From positions 286,603-350,602 of the forward strand of contig RQSC01000002.1 in the NCBI GenBank assembly GCA_013416795.1: a stretch of DNA of 64,000 nt, given 5' to 3'. The position numbers and the translations under genes are program-made. Position 1 is the stretch's first letter; each line of letters opens with the position of its first letter. Source of the stretch: Prasinococcaceae sp. CCMP 1430. Its lineage: Eukaryota; Plantae; Prasinodermophyta. Below are positions 44,549 through 56,438 of the stretch, one piece after another. The notes below the pieces were generated by a model that saw only the letters and a list, made by a program, of their open reading frames with translations, was not told the DNA's origin and searched no databases.

Positions 44549-45502
44549 TCAGTCATCCTGCGGAATCTCCGGGTTGAGCTCCATGAGCGGCGCGGACTCG
44601 TAGTTGCTGTACAGGCAGTATTGGTACACGAGGTTAGGGATGCTCGGCTGGAAGGGCCGCGGCTCCACGCCGAGCTCCTTCCGCAGGAAGTCGGCATTCT
44701 CCGGGATCGTCGAGATGAGGATCCTGCGGGCGCGGAGGGCGCCGGCAACGTGTGTGAGCGCGTGCGTGTGCGCGCGCACGTGCGTGCGCATATGGCCGCG
44801 TGTGTGAGCGAGCGCGCGCGAGCGCGAGCGTGCGCGTGCGCGCGTGTCCGGCACCACGTACTTGCCGCCGGGTTTGAGGAGCTTCCTGGTGGCCACGGCG
44901 TAGAGTGCCCAGACCTCGTGCGTGATGAAGGGCGGGTCGATCACAGCGTAGTCGAAGTCCGCGGCGAGCTCCTCGGGCAGCTCGTCGGGTTTGTTGAAGT
45001 CGTAGATGACGTAGTTGTCCAGATTCGTCCACTGCGGGTCGAGATCGAAGAGCACGCAATTAGCCCTGAGCTCCTTGTTCTTAAGCGAGAAAAATATGGA
45101 GGGCGTGGAGAGGAAGGCCGCGCGCCCCGCGTGCACCTCCACCTCGTTGGCCATCACCTCGATCGTGTACGGCGAGTACCAATATTGGTTGAGGTCGCCG
45201 ATCTCAGGAGTCTGTGCGTGTGCGCGCGCGTGCGCGCGCGCGCTATCAGCCTGCTGCTGCGTGCAGCGTTGAGGCCACTCCTAAGCAATACAGCCACACA
45301 CCCACCACGCACGTACGCGCACACACACACGCCAGCGTGCGCGCGCAAACTCACACAAACGCCCGCCCCCATAGGCGTGCGCACGCACGCGCGTGCGCAC
45401 CCGCCTGCGCACGCATATGCCAGGGCACATCAACGGGCGCCGACCCACCTTGGCGGTGAAGCGGTTGCGCTTCGCCTTGGCATCCTCGGCGCTCGTCGCC
45501 AT
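44549..45502 (-). CDS. EEF1AKMT1: EEF1A lysine methyltransferase 1 (N6AMT2/Efm5 family); introns 45212-45448 and 44724-44861
   Basis: LNQYWYS, FLSTPS, YDFNKPDELP, VIDPPF, ILIST, PFQPSIPNLVYQYCLYSNY. Confidence 0.85.
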
Positions 45503-45667
45503 CGCTCCTTTCCCCCCAGCACCCCCTACCCCACCCTACTCGGCGCGGCGCCCGCCGGCGCTCGCGGCGCCCGCTCGCGCCCCGCGCCCCGCGTGCTCGC
45601 GTAACGGGCGCCGCCCGCCAGGTCCCTGCCGACGCGCAGCGCGCAACGGCGCCGCGTTTGCATTCGA

Positions 45668-45714
45668 CCGGCTCGCGATCCGCCTCTCGTCCGGCTCGCG
45701 ATCCGGCTCGCGAT
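45668..45714. repeat. Three copies of the 12-mer CCGGCTCGCGAT in a divergent promoter
   Basis: Copies at 45668, 45691 and 45703. Confidence 0.85.
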
Positions 45715-46570
45715 CCGGCCGGCTCATGTGCCATGCTCCCGTGCCCGGCGCGCGTGCCGCCGCGGCGTCGCGCCACGCGGCGAACGAGGGCGCGCCATCA
45801 AACCGCACGCGATCTCAGTTTTTTTTTTGATTTTTTTGTTTTTGATTTTATTTTTGATTTCGGCGGCGCCCCAGCTTTGCAAATTTCACACTCGACGAAA
45901 AGGATATCCCGTGGGTAAATTATACACTTCTCAAGATGAAAGATCTCTCGAGGTCGAGCTGCTGGAGCAGGCCCGGAACAGACAACGGACGAGCGAATGA
46001 ACGGACGGACGCCTCCTTTTTTTTTATTTTTTTGTGCGCGCGAATGCACGGCCGCGCGAGTCCAAAAACGCATTGCAGTGTGTGTGCACGGCGAAGTCAA
46101 ATTTTTCCGCGGGTGGGCAAACGAACCGTATGCAACGGCAAACGGTCGGTCGGTGTCATTCGGAGGATCGCTGGGCGCGGGCCGCAGCCGATTCACCGAT
46201 GAAAATATCCGGAGCATGCGCGTGTGCGGGCAGCCGCTCGGCGCGGGGCAAACACGCGCGCAGGCAATTGACTCCGAATTGGGACCGACAGCCCCGGGCC
46301 AGCGCGCGGCGCTCCCGCGGCGCGCGGCGTAGGTCAAACGGGATGCGTTTCGGCCGCGCCGCATTCGTGTCCGCGAAACGCGCGCGCGCGCGGGAGAGAT
46401 CGGGCGGCGGGGAGGGTGCGCTGCTGCTGCTGAGGAGGAGGAGGAGGTGTGTGTGTGGGGTGTGTGGTGTGTGTGTGCGCGGAGTGAAGGGGCGGCGTTG
46501 GGTGTGCACGCGCGCGCGGCCCCACTCGTCTGCGCCGGCCGCGGCGCCGGTCGCGGGCGCGTATGGCGGG

Positions 46571-47539
46571 ATGGTGATACCTGAGGTGTACGCCACCGCG
46601 GCGGCCAAGCTCGGCCCCGTCGAGTGCGCGAGGCGCATCGTGTTCGGCGAGGGCGAGGCGCCCACGGAGGACTGGGAGGGCAAGCGCCAACAGCTCGTGC
46701 GCCAGGCAGAGCTCAAGAACTGCGTCGTGAACGCGTTTGCGCCGGTGCCGCAAGAGACGGTGGCGGCGATGCCGCTGTGGGCGCGCACGTGGCTGCGCAA
46801 CTACGTCGCCGGCAACGCCATCTACTTCGGTCTCAACACTCTGTGGGCCGGGTACCTCTACTACGCCTTCGGGGCTTGGCATTTCCCCGACGCTCGCAAG
46901 GTGCCAGCCGTCAAGGCGATGGTGTCGCAGGCGCGCGTGTCGTTCTTCGCGCTGCCGATGTACAGCGCGTTGCCGACGCTCTCCGAGGAGATGATCCTGC
47001 AGGGGTGGACGAAGACGTACCCGCTGCTGGCCAACGTGGGCGGCTGGGGGGGGCACCTCCTGCTGTTTTTCTCGTACATGCTGTGCGTCGAGTTCGGCGT
47101 GTACTGGATGCACCGCCTGCTGCACGACATCAAGATCGGCTACAGGTTGCTGCACAGGACCCACCACATCTACAACAAAGAGCACACGCTGAGCCCCTTC
47201 GCCGGCCTCGCCTTCCACCCCATCGATGGCATCTTGCAGGCAGCCCCCTACACCTTCTTTCTCTTCGTGCTGCCCGTGCATGGCCTTAGCCACGAGCTCG
47301 CGCTCTTCGCGACGGCGTTCTGGACGACGAGCATCCACGACTGCGTGGTGGTCGACGCGTGGCCCATAATGGGTGCGAGCTATCACACCATCCACCACAC
47401 CACCTACAAGCACAACTACGGCCACTACACCGTGCTCTTCGACTGGCTCTTCGGCACGCTCAAGGTGCCCGACTTCGCGAAGGAGAGGAAGGACTGGGAG
47501 GCCGCGCGGGAGAAGCTCCTCGCGACCAAGGCCGCGTGA
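46571..47539 (+). CDS. STE1: Delta7-sterol C5(6)-desaturase; an upstream exon is possible
   Basis: TWLRNYVAG, His boxes YWMHRLLH, HRTHH and HTIHH, TLSPFAGLAFHPIDG, NYGHYT. Confidence 0.95.
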   Translation: MVIPEVYATAAAKLGPVECARRIVFGEGEAPTEDWEGKRQQLVRQAELKNCVVNAFAPVPQETVAAMPLWARTWLRNYVAGNAIYFGLNTLWAGYLYYAFGAWHFPDARKVPAVKAMVSQARVSFFALPMYSALPTLSEEMILQGWTKTYPLLANVGGWGGHLLLFFSYMLCVEFGVYWMHRLLHDIKIGYRLLHRTHHIYNKEHTLSPFAGLAFHPIDGILQAAPYTFFLFVLPVHGLSHELALFATAFWTTSIHDCVVVDAWPIMGASYHTIHHTTYKHNYGHYTVLFDWLFGTLKVPDFAKERKDWEAAREKLLATKAA

Positions 47540-47801
47540 AGGTCACAATGAGGCGGGAGGGCGGATGGCCCCGTCGCTGTGCCGAGGCGGGCCGCGAGAG
47601 GCGCGCGTGTATGTGTATGTTTAAATGAAACTCCCAGAGGACTCGTTCCCCCACACCACGCGTTGAGCGCCGTACGCCGCCGCGCCGGGTCCGGCGCGCT
47701 GATCGCATGGGCGTCACACGCGCCCGGGGGGACGGCGCGTAGCGGCGCTGTCCGCTCGCGCTCAGACGAGCTGCGTCCTACGGCAGGGAGCACCCCCCGC
47801 C

Positions 47802-49074
47802 ATGCCAGCGGCGACTCCCCGCCGCCGCGTGCTCAGCGCGCGCGTGCGGTGTGCGCGTGGACGCTGGGCTGCGCTTGCTGCGGTGGTGGCGCTCGCCGCG
47901 GCCACCCCCGCGATCGCTGCAGAGCTCTCCGACGAGGTCGCCGCGCCGTCGCCCGTGGCATGCCCCGTCGGCGGCGAGGGCCACCGCCGCGCGAACGATG
48001 CGGCGGAGCACATGCGCCGCAGTGGCGACCACGCCGAGGCGTTTGCGTGCTACCACGAGGCGCTCGCGACCAAGCCTGGCTTTGCGCCGTCGCTGTACGG
48101 GTTAGGCGTGCTCGCCCTGGACATGCGCAGGTTCGAGGCCGCGAGGGGCTTCCTGGAGGCGGCGGTGAGCGCGTGGCCTGAGTACGCAGACGCATGGTCG
48201 GCGCTCGGAGAGGCGTACGCGTCGGCTGGCGAGCCCAACTACCGCATCGCTCTGTCCAAGTTCAAGAAGGTGCGGCGAGGGACCTGATGGCGAGCGGGCC
48301 GCCCGGGCGTGTTCCCGGCCAATCATGCAGGGAGTGTCGCTGAATGCTGACTTCTTGTTGTGCCACGACCACATGCTTGCGCCACTGCCTCTCTGTGCTC
48401 CCTGGCATACCTGTCGCTCGCTCCGGTGCGCTCACGCGCGCTCGCTCTCGCACGTGCAGGCTGTCGACCTGAAGGCAGACGATGCTCTCTCGTGGGAGGC
48501 GCTGGGATCGCACCAAGCTGCCTTCGGCCACCTCGAAGAGGCCGTGGAGACCTACCTCGAGGCGACCGAACGTGCGCCTGGCTCGCCCGGCCTGCGGTAC
48601 TCGCTGGCCAATGTTTACAGGCGCATGGGCAAGTACGACGAGTGCGTGGACGAGGCTACCACTGCGTACTCGATGGCGCCAGGATTCGGGATGGTGCGTC
48701 CGTAGCGCCATCGCCCGCCGCACGGCCGCGTCCGCATGCGCGCGCACCTACACCGCGCCAAGGACGTCTAGTACTCGCGTCGCGCGTGCACGTGTGTGCG
48801 GCTGACCACGTGCGCCTCGCAGGCGCAGCACACGGCGGGCGCGTGCCTGTGGGACCTGGGCCAACAAGGCCCAGCCCTGCAGCTGCTCATCAGGGCTGCG
48901 AACGTCGAGCCTGACGTGCTGGAGCACCACACGACACTGGTATCGAAGCTGCTGGAGTCCAACGGAGACATCTCGCGCGCGTGCGACGACTTAAGGGTGC
49001 ACTTCGCCAATGTGGAGGTGCAAGGGTGCCCGACGCGGGCCTCGCCATCAAGCGAAAGTCACGTCGATCTGTAG
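47802..49074 (+). CDS. TPR-repeat protein with signal-peptide-like N-terminus; introns 48270-48459 and 48694-48822
   Basis: TPR pattern (AFACYHEAL...SLYGLG; DAWSALG; SWEALG; RYSLANVYRRMGKY); exons splice in frame; TGTAA at 49091. Confidence 0.8.
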
Positions 49075-49256
49075 CGCCACAGCTACTCCCTGTAATCACT
49101 AATCTGTCCGACTCGCACCTTCCCCTCCAGGGCCGCGAGAGTTGTAGCACAGGGCAGGGCGAGGGCCGAATCGTCAAATCAACGTACTGTACTGTACTGG
49201 GTGTGTAACCACACAAAGCTCTAGAGGATACATGCTCGCGGTGGGCTTTGCTACGT

Positions 49257-50571
49257 CTACCTAATGTACCGCGAGATGAAGCGCTTGTGGAAGTCATTGC
49301 GGATGGTGTCGTTGATGAAGCCGGTGCGCTTCTTGGGCTCCTCTCGCGCCTGGTTGCGGAAGACGACGTCGTCATCCCACCGCCTCTTCACACCGCCGCC
49401 GCCCGCGCCGGCAAGCAACGGGTTGCCGGCCGAAAACATCGCGCCCTTCGCAGCCTCCTCCTCGGCCTTCGCCTCGGCCTCGGCGCGTGCAGCCTCCTCA
49501 GCGCGCTCAGCCTTGATGCGCTCCAGCTCCGCAAGCAGCGCTGCATCATCGTCGTCGTCGTCACTGTCGCTGTCATCGCTGTCACTGTCCTCCTCACCGG
49601 CACCACCAGCCGTGGACGGCCCCGCGCCGCTTACGAGAGCCTCGCCTGCAGCCGCCCTCGCGCCACCCTGCTCGCGCAAACGCAGCAGATTGCGGCGGGC
49701 GCGGGGTGGGGGAGCAGCCTTTCGAGTCAGCCAAGCGCACAAAAAGCCACGACGAGCGAGCATGGCCGCACCGACAAATGCGCGTCATACGCTGTCGCCG
49801 CCACGAGCAGCCGTGCCGCACACAGTACGTGCACATCAGAACAGATCTTGGTATAAAAGGTTGTCCGCACGGGCGTGTGCCCGCTCGGAATGAGCATGTA
49901 ATGGTAGCATCACGTGCAGATCGGTACGACAGGTTCGCGTGTGGGGCGGTTGCAGGCTTTCTGCGCACATTCGGCGCCGGCGCCAATGCTCTTTGAGCGC
50001 GCGTACCTCTCCACCACCACCGCTGTCGTCGTCGTCGTCATCGTCGTCGTCGTCGTCGTCGCGGTCACGCGCTGATGGCACAAGCTTCCGCCGCGGCGGC
50101 ACTGCAACGGGCAGCGCCGCTCGCGCCGCGCCCGCATCTTCCTCTGCAGCATCCAGTGCACCACCACTCGCGGCAATGCGCCGCTGGCGGTCATGCTCTT
50201 CCTCCTTGCGCAGCAGCTCGGCCTGTGCACGTCGAAAGCGCGGCGCCGTCAGCACGTGTGGCCCGCCTCCTCATGCAACACAGCGCATGCACAGGGGGGG
50301 GGGGGGGGGGGGGGGGGAGTAAGGTGCCTCTAGAGCGCGCTAGAGGGGGGGGGGCGACTGCATCGCCTTCGCGCGGGCCAGGGCGCGTGCTTACCTTGAG
50401 GTCGCGCTTGGCGAGCGTCTCCTGGTCGGCCTGCCCCTCCTCACGCGTCTTCATCTTGCCAAAGTAGATCTCCTTGACGCTGACGGCCGTGCTCTGGCCG
50501 AAGCCTCGCGCGCCGCCCTGCATCTTGCTGCCCTTCGCGGCGGCCCATGTCGGGCGGTGCGCGGTCGTCAT
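49257..50571 (-). CDS. CWC15: Spliceosomal protein CWC15; introns 50223-50394 and 49668-50006
   Basis: MTTAHRPTW...[17 protein letters not shown]...GNPLL...[15 protein letters not shown]...[14 protein letters not shown]. Confidence 0.96.
49830..49918 (-). ncRNA. Candidate intronic box C/D snoRNA
   Basis: C-like GTGATGC (49913-49907), D box CTGA (49839-49836), flanking TGCAC/GTGCA stem, and ACCAAGATCTG complementary to conserved LSU CAGAUCUUGGU. Confidence 0.6.
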
Positions 50572-51150
50572 CGCGCGCGCGCGCGCGGCAGGGACGGGCG
50601 GGGCGGCGGGGCGAGACTACGTCGGCGGGTCGCGAGCCCCACTCCTGCGGCGGCGCGGGAGACGCGGCCTCGGCGAGCAGCGCGCAGCGCGCGGGGCGCG
50701 CTGTGTGTGGCAGGCGGCGGGTGCGGCGCCCTCTCGCGCGCCCCGACAGCCCTTTTTGTTGTGACTTTAGGGCTGCGGTCTGCTCGCCCCCCCCGCGCGT
50801 GCGCTTGACCTGAAACCGCATGCATATTGAAAAGGGTCCAAAAGGATTCCCCAAATGCTCAACCCATACCGTACTCGGCCGCCGGGCGAAGCAGCGGCGT
50901 GCGGGCGGGGCGCGGCGCCAGCCGAGCGCTGCGCACGTACGCGCGGCCGCTGCGGCCCGGCGCGGCGCAGGCGAAGGCGTGGGTGGAGAGGGCAGCGCCC
51001 AACGCGCGCACGCGCAGTGACAAAAGCTTTTAATAGTTATATGACCCGCGCCGGCGCCGCGCACTGAGCGCTCATAAGGGGCCGGCGCGCAGCCGCCCTG
51101 CGACCAGCGCGCACTGCCAGCGCCACCTGAGGAGCCCCGCCTGCGCTAGT

Positions 51151-52779
51151 CTAGCCGCGCTCGTAGTACTCGTCCAACAGCTTCGGGCTGATGCGGCGAA
51201 GCAGCTCACGCGGGAAGATGCGAAGCATGCTCCAGGCGAGGTCGAGGCTCTGGAAAATGTTGCGCGCCTCCGTGCCCTGGCCCACCAGCTTCTGCTCAAA
51301 CTTGTCCAGGAACTCCAGGTACAACAGGTCCTCGCTCGAGAGCGCCTCCTCGCCCACAACGGCCTTCATAGCGACCACGTCCTTACCGATGGCATAGTTG
51401 GCGTACAACTGGTTGGACACGTCGCCGTGGTCCTTGCGCGTCATGCCCTCGCCGATGGCGCTCTTCATGAGGCGGCTGAGGCTCGGGAGCACGTTGATGG
51501 GCGGGTAAATCTGCCTGTTGTGCAGCTGGCGATCGACGTAGATCTGCCCCTCCGTGATGTAGCCGGTGAGGTCGGGGATGGGGTGTGTAATGTCATCGTT
51601 GGGCATGGTCAGGATGGGGAACTGTGTAATGGAGCCCTGACGACCCTTGATGCGGCCGGCGCGCTCGTAGATCGTTGCAAGGTCTGTGTACATGTAGCCG
51701 GGGTAGCCGCGGCGGCCGGGCACCTCCTCGCGCGCGGCTGACACCTCGCGCAGCGAATCGGCGTAGGAGCTCATGTCCGTCATGATGACGAGCACGTGCT
51801 TGCCGCAGGTGTACGCCAGGTACTCGGCGACGGTGAGCGCGATGCGCGGCGTGACGATGCGCTCGATCGGCGGGTCGTTGGCGAGGTTGAGGAAGAGCAC
51901 GGTCTTCTCGAGCGAGCCGTTCTCCTCGAAGTCGCGTTTGAAGAAGGTGGCCGTCTCCATGTTGACGCCCATTGCAGCGAAGACGATGGCAAAGTCGTCG
52001 TCATTGCTCTTGGACTGCCCCTCCTGCTTCACCAGGCCGGCCTGGCGACAGATCTGCGCGGCGATCTCGTTGTGCGGCAGGCCCGCCGCTGAGAACAAGG
52101 GGATCTTCTGGCCACGCGCGACGGAGTTCATGACGTCAATGGTCGAGATGCCAGTCTCGATCATCTCCTCTGGGTAGGTGCGCTCAGAGGGGTTGATCGC
52201 CATGCCCATGATGTCGAGGTAGTCCTCCGCGAGCACATTCGGGCCATCGTCAATGGGAACACCGCTGCCATTGAAGATGCGGCCCATCATGTCCCTGGGG
52301 GGAGGCCGCGCGATATCCGCGCGCGTCAGCGCGCGCGTCAAGGTCAAACGCCGGCGCTGGCGCTCACCACGGCGCGCTGCTCGCCGAACTGCTCACCTGG
52401 ACACGGGAGTGCGCAGTACCTCTCCGGTGAACTCGAGGCTGGTGCGCTTGTTGTCAACTCCCGAGGTGCCCTCGAACACCTGCACGACGGCGCGGTCGCC
52501 ATCGACCTCCAGCACCTGACCACGGCGCTTGGAGCCGTCACCCAACGTGATCGAGACGATCTCGCTGAACTTGGGCGCGCGCACGCGGTCCACCACCACC
52601 AGCGGGCCAGCCACGGCGCTCACCGTGCGGTATTGCAGCCGTGGCTCGGCCGCGATCGCGGCGGTCGCGGTGACCGCGGCGGCGGCGGCCTGTGGCGAGG
52701 GGCCACCCATCGCCGGGCCGCCCATCGCCGGGCCCGGCTTGGCCGAGGCATCGCCCGTCATTCCACTCAGGAGGTCCAT
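51151..52779 (-). CDS. VHA-B: V-type H+-ATPase subunit B; intron 52295-52396
   Basis: [65 protein letters not shown]. Confidence 0.98.
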
Positions 52780-52958
52780 GGCGCCGCCGCCCCCGGCGCC
52801 AACACCCGCCACCCGGACGCGGAGCACAGCACTCCCTCCTGCTGCCTGCCCCGCTCCCCCTGCCCCAAAAAGCGGGGGCCCCGCACGGGGCGCGCGCCGT
52901 CTGCCGCTGCGCGCGAGCACGCGTCGGGCGGCGTGCGCGGCCTCACAGGCGCGCCCAC

Positions 52959-53150
52959 CAAAGGACGCCAAAGCCGAGCACGACCTTGCCACCCATGCGG
53001 TCCGCCCACACGCCACCGGCCACCTGCGTGAGCAAGTAGCCCCAGAAGAAGCTGCTCTGCACGAGGCCCTTCGTCGACGGGCCCCAGCCGAACTCCTCGC
53101 TCATGGGAAGCATTGCTATCGAAAGGTTGACGCGGTCCATGTTGCACAGT
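52959..53150 (-). other. PHT4: Orphan exon of a PHT4/ANTR (SLC17) anion/phosphate transporter; remaining ~400 aa absent
   Basis: [22 protein letters not shown]...[38 protein letters not shown]; acceptor upstream and donor downstream. Confidence 0.8.
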
Positions 53151-53438
53151 CTGGTGTGACGGCGCCGCGGGTGACGCGTTGGAGATGCGTGCACGTGAGT
53201 TCCACAGGGAAGGCGCCGGTCAGAGCGGGGGTGGTGTGGAATGGGATGCGGGCGGCGCGCGGAGGCGCGAGATGGGGCGGGCGCGGGTCAGAACCAGGGT
53301 TCGGTCCCGCCGAGGACGACCGCAGGCGCTGGTGGGCGAGGAGGGCGCGAGCGAGCGCACCGCCTCGCCACGGCGCGCTTGGCGGGCGCGAGCAACCCGC
53401 CACTGCCGCCCTAAACGTACATGAACGCGGCGAAGCAN

Positions 53439-55158
53439 CGCCGCGGCCGCCGGACGCAAGGCGCCGGCGCCGGGCAAGGCGGCGCAGCAGCAGGCGGCGC
53501 ACCGTGCGGCGGTCGAGAAGGTCGAAAAGGGGTTCGAGGCGGACGGCTCCTTCTACATGGAGCTCGCCGACGACGAGTCTGGGTACGCGGCATGGGACGA
53601 CGGCGACGACTTCGAGCTCGAAGACGGCACGCAGCGCGAGCGGCACGCGCTGCCGTACGAGCTGCGGTACTTCGACACGGCGAAGATATACACGCGCAGC
53701 GGCGACGGCGGCGATGGCATGGTCTCCTTCCGCCGCGAGAAGTTCGTGTCGCACGGAGGGCCGAACGGTGGCAGCGGCGGGGCCGGCGGCTCGGTGTACG
53801 TCGAGGCGGGCGCCGCGATGAGCTCGCTGCAGCCTTTCCGCAAGCGGCTGCACTTCCGCGCCCAACCGGGCAAATCAGGAGGCAGTGCGATGTCGCAGGG
53901 CGCGGACGGCGGCGACGAGACCGTCTTCGTCCCCTGCGGAACCATCGTGCGCCGCGCGCGTGCGAAGGAGGAGCTCGTGGACGACAGCGAGCGCGGTGAG
54001 GACTTCGTCGCGGAGCTGCTTCGCCCCGGGGACCGCGCGCTGCTGGTGGCGGGCGGGCGCGGCGGCCGAGGCAACGCGAGCTTCAAGTCGGGCACGAACA
54101 AGGCGCCGCTCATCGGCGAAAATGGCGAGGAGGGCGAGGAAGCCTGGTTCGAGCTGGAGCTCAAGGTCGTGGCCGATGTGGGTATCATTGGTGTGCCAAA
54201 TGCTGGCAAGTCCACGCTGCTGGCCGCGGTGTCCAACGCGCGCCCCAAGATCGCCAACTACAAGTTTACCACGCTGGTGCCCAACCTCGGCGTGGTCGAG
54301 ACCGACTACGACACTACGGTTTTTGCCGATGTGCCTGGGCTGCTGGAGGGCGCACACGCGGGCATCGGCCTTGGCAAAGAGTTCCTGCGCCACTGTGAGC
54401 GCTGCCGCGTGCTCGTGCACGTCATCGACGGCACGTCGGAGGATCCGATCGGTGACTACGAGGCCGTGAATGCCGAGCTGGAGCTCTTCAACCCGGAAAT
54501 GGCCAAGAAGCCGCAGGTGGTGTGCTTCAACAAAATGGACACGCTCGAGGCGCAGGTGCAGTGGGAGGAGCTCATGGAGGCCGGCGCATTCGCCCGGCTG
54601 GAGGGGGGAAGGGCGCCCATCCCCATGAGCGCGGCGGCCCGGCAGGGGCACGCGTCCGTGGTGGCGGCGTCGAAGGCGCTGCTCAAGGACCTGAACGATG
54701 CCGACTCGCTCGAGGCGGAGGAGGAAGAGTGGTCCAGCGAGTTCGACCCCAACGTGCCATTCAACCCCGTCGCGGACGTGGCGGCGCCCGGGCGCAAGAG
54801 GGTGCGGCAGAAGCCGCAGCGACAGGCGGACGCCGTCGAGGTGAGCGATTTCACCATCGAGGAGGCCGCGCACGGTCTGTGGCGTGTCCACGGTGCTGCG
54901 CTCGAGAGGTTCGTCCAGATGACCAACTGGGACTATTACGAGAGCGCAAAGCGCTTCCAGGCCGTGCTCGAGGCGGCCGGTGTGTACAGCAAGCTGCGCG
55001 CCGCGGGCGCGCGCGAGGGCGACACTGTCGCGCTCGGTGACTTCGAGTTCGAGTGGGAGGACGATGAGACCAACGAGCTGCGTGGCAACATGGGCGAGTT
55101 CACTGAGAAACGCGTCGGGCGCGGCTCGAAGAGGTGGCCAGCGCAGGTGCGCGATTGA
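53439..55158 (+). CDS. obgE: Obg/CgtA GTPase, probably plastid; frame open back to the N at 53438
   Basis: GDGGDG..SFRREKFV..GGP.GG.GG, ADVGIIGVPNAGKSTLL, KIANYKFTTL, DVPGL, NKMD, C-terminal DUF1967-like LERFVQMTNWD. Confidence 0.95.
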
Positions 55159-55235
55159 GCGCCCTCGCCCCTCGTAGCGGCACGCGACCAATCTGTAACA
55201 CTACTACCCGAGACGGTGCCCATACTCGCCCCCTC

Positions 55236-55829
55236 TCACTTGCTCTTCTTGGCCTCGTCAAGCGCCTTCCTGATCTGGTCGGCGCGCCCCTTGACCCTTT
55301 TGTGCAGCTCGGGCATGAATCCGAGCGCGAATGCCGTCTCGACGAAGACGAAAAAGGGCGCCGCGAGAAGGCTGTGGGCGATGCCCGTGAAGATGGACGG
55401 CGCTCGGCGCTCGAAGACGCCGTGGCCGAGGAACTGCGCCAGCCAGGAGCTCACGTGCACGTAGCCTGCTGTCTTAAGGGCGCCCCCCCCCGATGCCGCG
55501 CCGGCAGCGTACTTGCACGCCCCCGCGAAGACCCCCGCGCCGAGCGTGCCCGTCCACGCCAGGCCCAGGGCCGGGTTGAGTTTCACGTAGTACGCCGAGT
55601 AGGCGGCGGTGATCAGCGCAGGGAATCCGCCGACCCAGGCCAGCGCGCGGGGCGTGGGGATGGCCGTCATGCCCACGAGGGCGGACCACATGATGAGCGG
55701 AATGAACACCAGATGGATGCCCTGATTGACGCTGTCGCTGTGAAATGCCATGTAGAACGCCAACAGCCCCTCGAAGTCACCCAGCGCGGGCAGCTCCGCG
55801 CCGCCCGCGGGCTTGCTCGCGGCGGCCAT
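55236..55829 (-). CDS. MPO1: MPO1/DUF962 membrane protein (2-hydroxy fatty acid dioxygenase family)
   Basis: FYMAFHSDSVNQGIHLVFIP, QFLGHGVFERRAPS, APFFVFVE. Confidence 0.85.
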   Translation of the reverse strand: MAAASKPAGGAELPALGDFEGLLAFYMAFHSDSVNQGIHLVFIPLIMWSALVGMTAIPTPRALAWVGGFPALITAAYSAYYVKLNPALGLAWTGTLGAGVFAGACKYAAGAASGGGALKTAGYVHVSSWLAQFLGHGVFERRAPSIFTGIAHSLLAAPFFVFVETAFALGFMPELHKRVKGRADQIRKALDEAKKSK

Positions 55830-56438
55830 GGCGGCGCCGCCTCCTCGCCCGCACTCCAACTCCTTTCCACCTCTCGCCGTCCTCCCCCCTTCCCTTCCTC
55901 CTCTTTGCTTTCCCTCCGCCACGCACCCTCTTCCCCTCGCCCGCCCGTGCTCGCCCGCCGGAGGCGCGCGCTCGACGACAGGAGGGCGCCCTTGCGCCGC
56001 CGCCGCCGCCTGCGGCGCGTGTGGCACCGCCGCACTGCTGCGTATCGTGCGACCGTACCGCCGGCGCCAGCGCGCGCGGTCCCACGCCGCCAGGGTGGCG
56101 CGCGGCGCCCGCGCGCAAAAACAAAAAAAAACAAAAAAAAAGACACCGGCGGCGCCGTTTTCACCGACGCAATGATAAGAATGTCGATCGATCCTCCGTC
56201 GCTCCCAAACGAACCACGCGCGATTGATTGGATTAAAGATGGGAACGGGACGGGACGCGTCCGCTTTTGTTTTTCGCTGCGGCGTGCGCGATGCGACGCG
56301 GCGGGGTGAGGTGGCGGTGCGGCACCTCACCCGCGCCCACACCGCGCGCGCACTTGGCGCGCCCTCCCGCCGACGCGCACCACCAACAAGCAACGCACCG
56401 TCGCACACCCTCCCTGCGGGTGGTCAGGGGCGGAGGCC

